64,000 bases of DNA, from NCBI GenBank assembly GCA_964106915.2, contig OZ066920.1; one strand, written 5' to 3'. Below, piece by piece: positions 52,590-64,000 of this stretch. The stretch comes from Podarcis gaigeae (lineage: Eukaryota). The notes under the pieces are model-generated. The model was given only the letters and a program-made list of their open reading frames with translations. It searched no databases and had not been told where the DNA came from. How positions within the stretch are numbered: the first letter of the stretch is position 1; the number at the start of each line of letters is the position of its first letter. A program made the translations under genes and the position numbers.

Positions 52590-55500
52590 ACAGAATCCTC
52601 TGCTTTAATTGCATGCTGAGTGAATCGAGTCCTCTTTCTGTTTCCGTAACAGTAGTGGAGGCTTCTCAGCAAGCAGAAGTAGCCTAAATGCTTTTTCCTC
52701 CCAACTTTCATCATTGATTTCTTTGAAGGCACAATTTCAGTTTGGAGCCCCATTTGGGCTTACTTATCCTTAAACAGTCTACACTTGCCATACAAATGAA
52801 ACCCTGTACAAAACTTCATTAAAGATTTATAACTTCAGATCATTACTGTTTTATGACTTTAAAATGAGAGACTTAAGACAAAAGCTCAACATCCTTAAAC
52901 TTCATTTCCATTAAATCTCTAATAAATACCATCTGGTGTGTACTTTGGGGATATAATACACGTCAAAAACTCAGCCACATTATGAGAACCAGCACCAAGT
53001 TTATCTGAAATGCATATTTGAACAGATGTGTTTAAATTACATCTCCTTCTATGCACATGCATAAATTCAGAGCAAGCGTGTGTTGATTTAAAATGCATAA
53101 AAATGGGATTTGGAAATGCATCACAAGTGAATGGCATCTCAATGGATCAAGGCTCACATTACTAAAGGTCATTACTAAAACTAAGGTTTGCATTTATTAA
53201 GAGTTGCATCGGGAAAATGATCATGAGAACTGGCTTAACATTTGCTGCATGATAGCAGTCACTGAGACCTGTCAGCTAATTTTCTGTTATATCTCCACAT
53301 TTAGTTTTCAGCACCATCGCTAAATATTATTTGCTCTACTAAAACAGGAGACAAAATTATTTAGCAGTAAGCTGCTCAATCTGGCTTTAAACAGCTGCTT
53401 ATGCCAGTTTGGCATAAAAGCAGAAATTCCTTGCATTTGGCATGGTGATTTCAGAAGACGGAGTCCCAACAACATGAATGTCATTCTCTCAAAACCAGTT
53501 TCAAGCTACCATTATAAAATGGCATGTTCAGTAAGGAAAACTTGTCTGGATGGTTCAATAATTCATGCACAGAGCAGTGCTGATGTGTAGAGATATGGAC
53601 TTGGAATGGGAAGACTTGTTTAATTCTTCACTCAGCCATGCAGCTTTTGGGGTGGTGTTGGGCAATTCAAGATTTCATAGCTTAAAACTCCTCACTGGAT
53701 TTGTGTGTGACCAACCTCATCTAGCCTTGCCCCTTTGCCAAAGCCACTTACCCCTTCACATCTTACTGAAGCCCCTCCCTCCCTCTCTACACTCCTTACC
53801 AAAATCACTCTTTCCATTAGACATAATCAAACCTCTGCTTGCTGGCCTGGGCCACATGCCTGTCTGTGCTGCATGGTTGTTCGTTTTTTTAGCTTCGGCC
53901 ACATGCCGGCCTGTCTGCAACTCCAGTTCCCTACTCCTCACATTCCTGCTCTGACGGCTTAGCAGCTCTGTAGCTGACAGTGCCGCCTGTTGGCAGCCAT
54001 GCAAACTGCAGCATGATGACATCCTTAGGAAAATATGCATTAGGAGAAATTAAAAATAAATAGTTCAATATGAACCACCCTGACACTCCTTGAGAAAAGG
54101 GGTGTGTGAATATGCAAGATTTAAGAGCATGTGCTTCACACTTTACATCAGAAGCACAAGTCAACTGCATTTCTACAAGTCCTGCCTCTTTCGTGTGACC
54201 AGCCTATAGTCCAATCTTCTGCTGGTTTACACAGCTATGTTCAGTAGGGTTTACTCATCTTCAGGTGTTTAGGACATAGAACATGCAAAGGTGTACTATG
54301 CAAAGAAACCTTGACCTGTGGTCCACATTCAGCACAGATGTGAAAACCATCATTACCTACTGGCACCCAAAGAATCTGCTTACAAACTACTTAAGGAAAT
54401 GTGCAATTTTTCTTACATGAAGCGCTGGCATGCTATGTGAGCACTCAAATATGTTAATTGTTTTATAGGTTAAAGAAAGGCGCTGTTTGTCTTTTCAAGA
54501 AGACCACTCTGTAAGTATGGTATTTAGTGTGATTCTGTTGCCTAGATACTCTGGAAGTTTCAATCAATAGTCACTGGTAACTATCCTTGCAACTGTCCTC
54601 AACATACAACGTTGTTTGAATTAACATTATTTTGCTAAGAAGGTTGCAATGCATTCATAGTGATTTCAAATTGTTATGGATGTGTTTACCTTGGAATGGC
54701 ATAAAGTGGGTGAAGAACAATCAAGTTGCTACATATTCTGAACTCCAAGAATGGGAGGAAGACTGGGGGTTGCCTGGCAGTTGTGCAGATCATCTTGACA
54801 GCACAGTGCCAAACAAGCAACCTCTCCACCTCTCATTCTACATCTACAACGCTCTCTCTCCAATCTGGATTGGGACCAAAGTGGAGGAAATTTTGAAAAT
54901 TCCTTTTCATGGCACTCTCCTCCTTATATAAAAATCACGCTCACTCCAGGCTGCTATGAGCTGCAGAGGGTGGGAAGAAGACAGGTACAGAGTTGTATCT
55001 GTCTCTCCCTCCACTCACCAGGATTCTTGGTTTCTTCTTTGGTGTGTTTGTGATGACAGTTCTCCCATGTCTATTTTGTCTTTTAGATCTGTTGAAATCA
55101 GTGGAGCTTAAGTTCTTAAATACTTGCAAAATGGGATTTAGGTGCAGTTACCTAAGTTGTAATCAACAACTCACGGCATTTGCTTTTGCAAATGGTTATA
55201 ACTATAAATAAGCCAAGACCTTTTTAAAGTCCAGAGATGGCCTCTTGAGAAATGCTCTTCAGCAGAGTTGAGGTGGGGGTAAATGATGAGACTAGAAAAC
55301 AAGTGAGCTAGCTTATAAATAATTACATGTGCCAGAAGCTGTTTGACTTGAAACAATATAAACTCAATAAAAAGTCATTGCCCTAAAGCATGAATTTAAC
55401 GTTTTTATTGTTCATGTCAGTGGAATGCTTCTCTTTAAATGGTTACTTCACAAATCAGTCGATGTTTTGAAACATATTCTACGACAGCAGCACATCTAAC

Positions 55501-58449
55501 TATTCTTGGGGAAATGGAAGCAAATAGTATGTACACTTTCAAAAACAGTGAATCTCATGGCTATGAAAACCTGGAAATACATTTCATAAAATAGCCTAGG
55601 AATGAAAACAGAAGCCACAAGTGGGGCTTACAACAAAATGGTGCAATGGGGAGGAGTGCTCCTGAAAGGTTTCCGGCCAACCAAACACGCCCTCTTTCAG
55701 CATTTCCCCACTCGATTTTCTGCCCCTCTCAAGACAGTCAGAAATATGTGCCCACGGAACACAGTTAGCCCTCAGTGGGGTGTTTGATGTCCTCCCCCTT
55801 TATACAGTATTCTAAATAGCGTGTTTTTGTCATTCTAAACGCCTCGGAATTTCCCAAGCTTGCTGATATGAATGGTGTATTTTGGCTACGCTAGGACAGG
55901 CACTCTGAGAATGATTGCATTATTAGTATATTTTATTACTGTGTGCTTGGAAAGCATGTTCTCTTCTCTTAGACAAAGTCCACAAACTTATCTCATGCTA
56001 TTCCCACCATTTAAAAGCTTTATTAGAAACATTTAAGACTTACAAATACCTATATGAAACTTTTGCCTACAGAGTGGGTGAACATGCTCTTCAAATATGA
56101 TGTATATATCTTCCAGTCATTTCATACCTTGTGTGTTATTTATAACTAATTTCCACTTTGATGAATATAAACACTACTATGTTTTCTTTCTTTTTGTCTG
56201 CTCACTGTGTTCCAAGGTTTCCATAAATGCTACAGACAGATCTGAATAATTGCTAGATTTTATATCATCTAAGGAAAGTGGCTTTTGCTTTGTTGTTGCA
56301 AGCTGCTACGGTGTAACATACACTCTTTTGCTCTGTACCCAAACTATCCTAGTTATTCTGCAGCAAGCATCCAGAATCAGCATCACCATCTAAAGGTCAC
56401 AACATATTGTCAATGATACATGCCCCCAGTGATTTTCATTGAATGTTGAATCCAAAGAAAACCTCTTAGTAACTCAAAAGCTCACTCACTATTTTGTAGT
56501 CTTTACTTGAGATGGTTTAAAATAATTATCCAATACATTTTCCAACATGATTTCAAATTGGAAGAGTTATCTTTGCTTGGCCAGTCCAACTCTATTCCCC
56601 ATCACAAAATAGGTAATTTGTATTACTCTTCTTAGGCTTTAACGATCTGAGGGTGTTTTCAGTGAAAACTATTACCCACATGGAAGGAGGAAACCTAAAT
56701 ATCTTAAGCAAATACATTCCTTGACTAAGAGTGAACTGCATACAGAAACTAAGCAGAGTACACACTGTATTTTCCACAGTGTTATAAACAGGTCCCCTGT
56801 AGGCAAGAGGCTAGACGATAAATGATCGGAATGAATGGAATGAAGAAGTGAATGTCTGGAAGTTTTAAATGTAACACTAAGTCACAGGCCAATGTTTCTG
56901 AATGCAGGATTCAAGGAAGAGGGTATATTGCAAGACTAATGGCTAACTGAGATAACACTTTTTCGGTCACTGCTCAATTGGCTGACTTAAGCAGTAGGTG
57001 TATGAATCAAGTCTGCTTGAGGACTGAAACACACACTGTGGGTGAAACTATCCTGTCACTTCATAAAGTTCCTGACCAAAGTTAACTGCCACATCTCTAG
57101 GGGGAAACCCAAAGCTTTTTCTTTTTTTTAAAGGACAGACAAGTCTAGCAACAAGTTAACTTTATTAAGAAAATGTGTTGTTGTTTTTGGATATAAAAGC
57201 TAACTTTTCTAAATAAAAGAAAGTACTTTTTTATGCAGGCTGAAGATCATCAATCAGATACACTCAAGTTAAAATCATAGAGAAGGATGCATGGCACGAG
57301 GTGGGCATCTTCACTGTACTCTTTTCAGCATCTGCTAAATATATTTTTGTTTAAGCAAGCCTATCCAGACATGCAGAAGTTGCCATGTGTTTAACCATGT
57401 GTTACAGCTTATTATTGATTTCAGGTTTCTTTTTTTGAATGTATGAATGTTTTAAATATTTGTTTTTAACTGTTTTTTACTGACCATTTTACTGTTTTAT
57501 TCTTTGTGTAAAGCACTTTTATTAAAATCAAAGGCGATATAACTGCTGTGAAATAAACAAACTAGCATTAAGCCTAACATTAATATTACAAACCTTATAT
57601 ATGATATTATCTTCTTCTCCTCCTCATATTGTATGCATATGAGGGCCTGAAAATTTCATCAAGCATTTAAAATGATAATTCTACTGCTGCAAGTGTATGA
57701 GCTACCAGAAAAGCCGTATTTTAAAAATCCATTAAGAACCCTTCATTTGAAAAGCATTACGATCTATTGGATCAGTGATCTGTAAATGAAGAAGGATCAG
57801 CAAAAGGACTGTAATTAATCTGAAGGTGCTTGTCAAAAATTGCTTGTTAATATTACATGCTGATGATGAGCATTAGTAGAAAGCGAGCTGTGCAGCACTG
57901 CTGAGGAAATGCACTGTCTGAAAAACTGCACTTGCCAAAATTTAGATACACAAAACACATGGGATATTGTGCATCCAAAAGCCTCACATGATTATTTGTT
58001 ACTATCTAAATTTCAATTGATGATGAGTTATATATTAATTCATTAAGAATGTATTTCATCCTTCTTTGCAGAAAGTGGGGCAGCTTCCAACTTCTACACA
58101 TTGTGAAAATATTTAAAATGTAATAAATTACAAAAATGCTCCGTGCCAGAATGGTCAAAATACAACAAATGCTTCAATTCCATTCAATGGGAAGCCTAAC
58201 GTCTGTTTTGCTAGAGGCAGCTTAGCATAAGAGAACCATTCTGGGGAAACAAAGACATGAGTTTATTTATTCAAGGTGGCAGTTGAGCAAAGAGGGCAGG
58301 CACTGGAGACCCACTAGAATGGCCAGAAGGATGTGTGAGTGTCCTTGGGTAGTTTTCATATTGCCATGTCTGGGGTTCCTGTTGATGTTTTAGCTATGTT
58401 GTGGAATTCAAAGATGAGGTGGGTGCTTCAATATAAGCAACTACGGTAT

Positions 58450-58820
58450 CTTCCTGTATAGGCTGCCTGGGCTGGAAGCTGGGGACACTGTGTTGCTGTG
58501 TTTCTGTATTTATCTCAATGGCATATTCCATAAGATTCTGCTTATTTTGGGGGGCCCACATGCATTGGTTCACTATCTACATAAACTGTTCAGAGAGGTC
58601 ATCCAGAAATTTAGAGTGTGGTTATCCAATATGTGGCCTACATCTTATTTTTATTTGATTTTGATGAGGTGGTAGACCAGTATTTGAGATTCCTAATGAG
58701 TCAGATGAGAAGCAACATACTGAAACTCAGTTCAGGTAAGAAAGAAGTGCTGCTGGTCAGTTGTTCACCTGTCAGACTGATGGAACTCAATCTGTTCTGG
58801 ATGGGGTTGGGCCCCCTGCT
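58450..58820 (+). mobile_element. Degenerate L2-type LINE reverse-transcriptase remnant
   Basis: Segments GDTVLLCFCIYLNG, VIQKFRVW and MRSNILKLSSGKKEVLLV resemble the L2 RT 'VLxWFxSYL' and 'MxxNxLKLNxxKTEVLLV' motifs. Heavily mutated. Confidence 0.65.
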
Positions 58821-59166
58821 AAATGGGCAAAATACTTATACATTAAATTAAAAAGTGATTGGGCTTTTGTACAGAACCATGTACAGAAGCAGAAGTATGG
58901 CCAGCAGCACTATTCAGCTCCAAAATGAATACGTCATTCAAAGCTGCATCATCATTATTAAAAGGCCTAGTTGAGCAACACAAGAGCAGTCAACTATAAT
59001 GCTGAAACTCTGACAGCTAACAAAGTAATTAAAATCAGTTAAAAATATGAGATTTTCACCGCCATTCTTAAGTTGCTTAAACTGATTTATGTCAGTGAAG
59101 TGAATACAAAAAAGTGACATTCAGATCTAGGACATTTTTTCAACTGTTGTTACCAAATATTATATA

Positions 59167-59372
59167 CAGTGGTACCTAGGGTTAAGTACTTAATTCGTTC
59201 TGGAGGTCTGTTCTTAACCTGAAACTGTTCTTAATCTGAAGCACCACTTTAGCTAATGGGGCCTCCTGCTGCTGCCGCGCCGCTGGAGCACAATTTCTGT
59301 TCTTATCCTGAAGCACTATTTCTGGGTTAGCAGAGTCTGTAAATGAAGCGTATGTAACCCGAGGTACTACTG
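59167..59372 (+). mobile_element. Tigger/pogo-like MITE, copy 3 (206 bp)
   Basis: Same family as 22704 and 25080, TA flanks, internal deletions. Confidence 0.9.
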
Positions 59373-59404
59373 TATTATAAAAACGGTGGATAAATGCAAC
59401 ATAT

Positions 59405-59484
59405 AAATGCTTCGGGGGAAACTGATCATTTGATCATTCCTGCAGTTGCAGGAATGAGCAAATGATCAGTCCCCCAAAGCATTT
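59405..59484. repeat. 80-nt near-perfect inverted repeat (hairpin)
   Basis: AAATGCTTCGGGGGAAACTGATCATTTGATCATTCCTGCA-GT-TGCAGGAATGAGCAAATGATCAGTCCCCCAAAGCATTT. Confidence 0.85.
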
Positions 59485-62252
59485 TCACTCCACCGCATTC
59501 ACAAATATTTCATACAAATTGTTTTTAGAGAAATGGGAACATGGAATTTAGATGTACTGTGGCAGCATCTCCTGTTTCTCTGGTGTTATGTTCAGTGCTA
59601 CAATGCCCAACCTCAGCTCTTGATCATGACTCATGTGTATGTTTGCAGCTAGGTTTTTGAATTTCAGCATTACAGCCAGGTGGAGGAAGAAGAAAAAATG
59701 GTGGGACTACTGAACGGACCCATAGATATTCTATTAATACAACATATTAGTGCTAGAAACTGCAGGCGCCTGATGTAATGTTTTGCTTTTGCAATGTCTG
59801 TGATGAGATGTCTATATGGGAATAGCTATACAGGAAGGTCATAGTTGGCTGCCTCTAGGAGATGAGACACTACAAATAAAGACCTCCCTATATACAGTAG
59901 CAAAGAGAAATGAGTTTTACAGATGTGACCAGCTTCAAATATCCAAAATGTGCCCCTGCTCCCAGCAGACCTAGACTATATGTTGGAAATATTTTCTCAT
60001 GCTGTCTGGCAACTCTTAGTTACTGGGTCCACTACATGAAGAGGTAGAATTTTAATACAATTTTAATAAAAATAATTATGTTAAAAAAGCTTGGATTTCA
60101 AACTTTTATCATTTTTTTTAAAAAAAAGCTAATGGAGAATTCCTTAGGTTGGACTGATATATACTCAATAACCAGCTGTCAAATTTGGATATTAAATAAT
60201 TATATGCATATTTTGTGCTATGACTGCTCAATTGAATACATTTCTACATAAGTCAATGTCTGCGTGTGCTCAGCAGCTTTGCTTGGTTATTTGACAGCAA
60301 GATGCTATTGTAACAATAGCTGCCAACTTTCAACACTCCAAAGATTAATGAGTCAGCTTTAATCTTTGAATATATGCAGTTCCATACAAAGCAGTATAAA
60401 TTAAAAATAATGGATACTTTGATGCTTTGTTTGAAGAAAATACAATATTGCCAATCATACTGTAAAATTATAGTGGCAATAAATAAAATAACTGTCCCAA
60501 TCAATCTAACAATGAATAAAATATTTTTTTTAGAAGTGATGTAATAAAACAAACTTTAGTATCACTCCTGGTCATTTGCTACGTGTAATCACATGGTAGA
60601 GTTCCACAGCCCATGTGGGCTGTGGGAGTTTATTGGAGTAGTTACCTTAGAAAAGTTTTTTTTTTCTGCTTCAGAATCTATAGGTAAAGAAAAATGGGCT
60701 AAATACAGTTGCTTGCATGAAGCCTTAAGCGGAGTCCTGAATTTGAAGTACCTGGGATCAATATGATCAGTTTTAAGTGTCATTAGAGAAAACGTGGTTC
60801 TGGTTAATTATTGGTGCAGAAATTAAAAGTTTTACAAATATCACTGCAACTGGAAGTGTTCAAAGCCATTTTTACATATGGTTTGGGGAATATTAAAATC
60901 TATTCATTCAGCTTTTCTGCAATCTCTATTTCCCTCCTTTAGCACATCTTTGACTCCCTTTTTGTTCAAAGGTCCAAGCATCATCCTAGCCAATTATAGG
61001 TTTTAGAATGTATTTTTATGTCATGTGTGAATTACACTGTATATGCTTTGATGGAAAGTGGTTTAAAATATTTAAAATAAAAAATGGATATTTACTTTAT
61101 TTCTATTCCATTGCTAACTCTGAGGAGCTTAGGACAACAGGTATCTAGGTTTTCCCAGCTGGTCTACCATCCCACCCTTTCAAGGCTTGGGTGATTACAT
61201 ATTAATTACAACAGACCATTCTTGCCCAGACCATATTGTTCCTGCTCCCAGAGAAACTATTTACAGCAATCCTACTTTTATCACTAAAGGCCAAATTATG
61301 AGTAGTCATTGGGAAAATGCAACTATTAAAGTTCCTAGAGCATGAGCTTTGTCTTTTTTAAGAGTAGTATGGTTTTTGGTGAAGATGGCTACTTCCTTTT
61401 CCAAAATCTGTTGCATCTTTAAAATCTTGAAAAGCTGAGAAATAATTTAGATCCCTACAAACATTTTCTTTTCATACAACAATGCTAACTCGTTCAGTGA
61501 CTTCTTCAGAAAAAAGAGAGATACATACATATAGTCAACAGCACTATTCTATACAGATCTGCTCAGAATTCTCATTGTTAATAGTGCATACTTCCAGATA
61601 GGAAAGTAGCCTAAAATAATTATAAGTCAGACATTCCATAAAAGGACAATCAGTACAATTTTCGGTAAATAGTTTGTTCACAGTTCTCAATAATTGAATT
61701 GCTCATTTCATGCTGCCTGCTGTAAATATTTCTTAGATAGGAACAGGATTCTGTTTGTTGGAGCCAATGGAAAACACTTTCAAAAAGACTTCTACTGTTG
61801 TGAAAATAATTCATGCCATTATGGAAAAGGATTCTGAACTAAAGCCATAAATTGTAATAATTTGCTAAAGTTAATTCCTTGGATTAACACACAAAAGCCA
61901 TCCTATCCCATACACAGTAAATATAAAAGAAACTTTAGAGTGTATTATCCTGTTATGTTATTGCAGCTTGCAGGGTTTTTTTGCACTCAGTGTCAACTAT
62001 CCTGAAAAGAAACATTGAAGAAAATTTCAATGAAATACATTCCAAAAAATCTATATATAGTTATTCAGGCGTAACTTGAAATAGATTAGAAGCCCACTGG
62101 ATAAACCACATCAAAGCAACTGTTGGCACAGACAAATTCTGAAGATACAGAAGGATTATTTTCTTTTCTACCTTAATTGTGATGTTGCAGGTTAACTGCT
62201 GAAAACCAGGGTGGCGGGAGCTTTTGATTTTTTTATTATGCATTAGACTTAC

Positions 62253-62398
62253 TTTTCTTTAAGGAAATCCACTACCCTTTTGAAGTCCGCCACACAGTAT
62301 TCCCTCTTCATGTCCATGAGTACGCTATCAGAGGCACTTTGAACTGGTACATGAAGAAATGCATAGACTCTTGGATGGTTGAGAATTTTTGCCATTTC
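62253..62398 (-). CDS. CDKAL1: CDKAL1 coding exon (146 nt), radical-SAM domain
   Basis: Minus-strand translation [48 protein letters not shown](K). Acceptor AG at 62400-62399 after a pyrimidine tract, donor GTAAGT at 62252-62247, ends in phase 2. Not in the ORF track. Confidence 0.96.
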
Positions 62399-64000
62399 CT
62401 AGAAGATTAAAAATGAAAACAATAACATTTTTACCACATCCTGATAGGCACGCCATTGCCTCCATTCATCACCAGCTTACAGAATGTAATATTAACCAGC
62501 ATTACAACACACATTTGTGTGAGGATGCACTGGAGTACTCAACATTTTATTTATGATGAAATCACATGCACCTGCAATGGATCACCAATGAATACGTGAA
62601 ACATATTTACTGAAAAGCATCATGTCTGAGGTGGAGTAAAGGAATATGGAAGTTTCGAGGTGCTGCATTGTAAAGCCCCCCCCCCCCCGCCCTACAAGTC
62701 AGCACTTGATAACACAGTAATTAAGTATACACATGTGTGAACTAGCCCTCCTCCAATTCTGTTACTTCTTCTGTTTTCACAATTTCCTGCTGGCAATTTC
62801 CCCTTACCAAAATTGAGGCCTAGGTGAAGAACATGAATATCTCTTCATTCTATTGGAGTCACAATTTGACTTGCTGTCTGCTGATATGTCCCGGGAATTT
62901 TGTAAAATACAAAATAAAAATCCCAATTTCAAACTTGTACTAAATTGGGTGCTTTAATTTAATTTTTTTTACTACTCAGTTATTTTTCCTGATGCCTGGA
63001 AATATTCTCCTTTCTACCTCCTTGTACTTCTATAAATTATACTGTGAGACAGCAGATAACACCTCAAAATTTCAGTGCTTCTGTAAGTCCATAAGCCAAC
63101 TGAGGCAAGGTCCAAGCATTATTTGCTTATTTGCATTTCTCCACCACCTCATAACATAACTTGTTTTGAATGACATATATCATAACCAGGATCCCCACAA
63201 CTATTTTTACGTACACAAGAGGCCTTTGAACATGCATTTCTCAGGCAGCAGATGAGTTATATCATGACAAACCATTGTTGAATTTCAAGGAACTTTCCAA
63301 ATCATTGGGCATCACCCAAGCCCTCAGAAGTTGCTAACATAGCACTGGATGCTAACCAGCAAATGGAAAGTTGAAACACATAAGGACTTATGAGCCACAG
63401 CCAACAGGGAGATTTTTCCTGCTTCTATTATGTTCAATTCAATATAATACAAGGTGTTAGTAAATGAAGCCATGGAAGATGGTTTAGGACACAGAGAGTT
63501 AGAGCCAACCAGGTCACTGTGCGAGCAGAACAGCTTCCATGAGTGTGGCGAAAGTCCTTTCCCTCTCATCTAGATCCTACGTCGTAAAATTAGTCCTAGC
63601 TTTATTATGATAAGCAGGTTATAAAACATGGCACAGAACGAAAATCTAAAGTTGGGGGGTTCCCCAAAATATTTTTATTGGTCTTTTCAGAGATTGGAGG
63701 TGTCAAGTGAACTGCCACACACAAATATTGTAGCATTATTTTACTATATAACTTGCTGGGGTTGATATATTATAAAAAACCTTGCTGCAGAAAGTTTAAC
63801 TGCTCTAAAATAATAATAATCCAGAGAAACAACTCTTCTTCCTCCTTCCATGTAATCTCATTTGTATTTACATCACCACGTTAGATGCATTCTAAAGTCG
63901 AACAAAAGTACTATCTTGTTCTTACACAAGTAATTTAATTTAATGTAAAAAGCCAAAAAAGCTACAGATAGCAACACGTTTCCGCATAATTTTATGATGT

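Larger units (their letters stand above)
9370..62398 (-). other. CDKAL1: CDKAL1 gene, internal part (5 coding exons, equivalent to about exons 11-15 of the human gene); continues beyond both ends of this span
   Basis: The spliced translation [71 protein letters not shown]...[110 protein letters not shown] is collinear with vertebrate CDKAL1 as I recall it. All junctions are GT-AG and the frame is preserved. Confidence 0.97.

Overview
Vertebrate genomic DNA, AT-rich and mostly intronic. The repeat content (tRNA/CORE/L2-tail SINE, L2 LINEs, TA-targeting MITEs) points to a squamate, probably a lacertid lizard; this is an inference. The window lies inside CDKAL1 (tRNA-Lys(UUU) t6A37 methylthiotransferase) on the minus strand. 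Five consecutive coding exons were traced by hand, all with canonical AG/GT boundaries and a continuous frame: 62253-62398 (146 nt), 48854-49034 (181 nt), 46250-46312 (63 nt), 10537-10620 (84 nt) and 9370-9534 (165 nt). They encode the end of the radical-SAM domain and the TRAM domain. The upstream exons and the terminal transmembrane exon were not found in the window. The introns contain 8 Tc1/mariner-superfamily (pogo/Tigger/Tc2-like) non-autonomous elements with TA target duplications, 2-3 hAT MITEs, two solo LTRs, L2 remnants, a SINE, microsatellites and several motif-dense candidate enhancers. I see no support for a novel protein-coding system: the long ORFs in the track are GC-rich repeat artefacts. 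The most interesting structure is a MITE family with shared termini but interchangeable, CpG-rich, nested-palindrome cargo. Two related copies sit in inverted orientation bracketing the two in-frame TRAM-domain exons.
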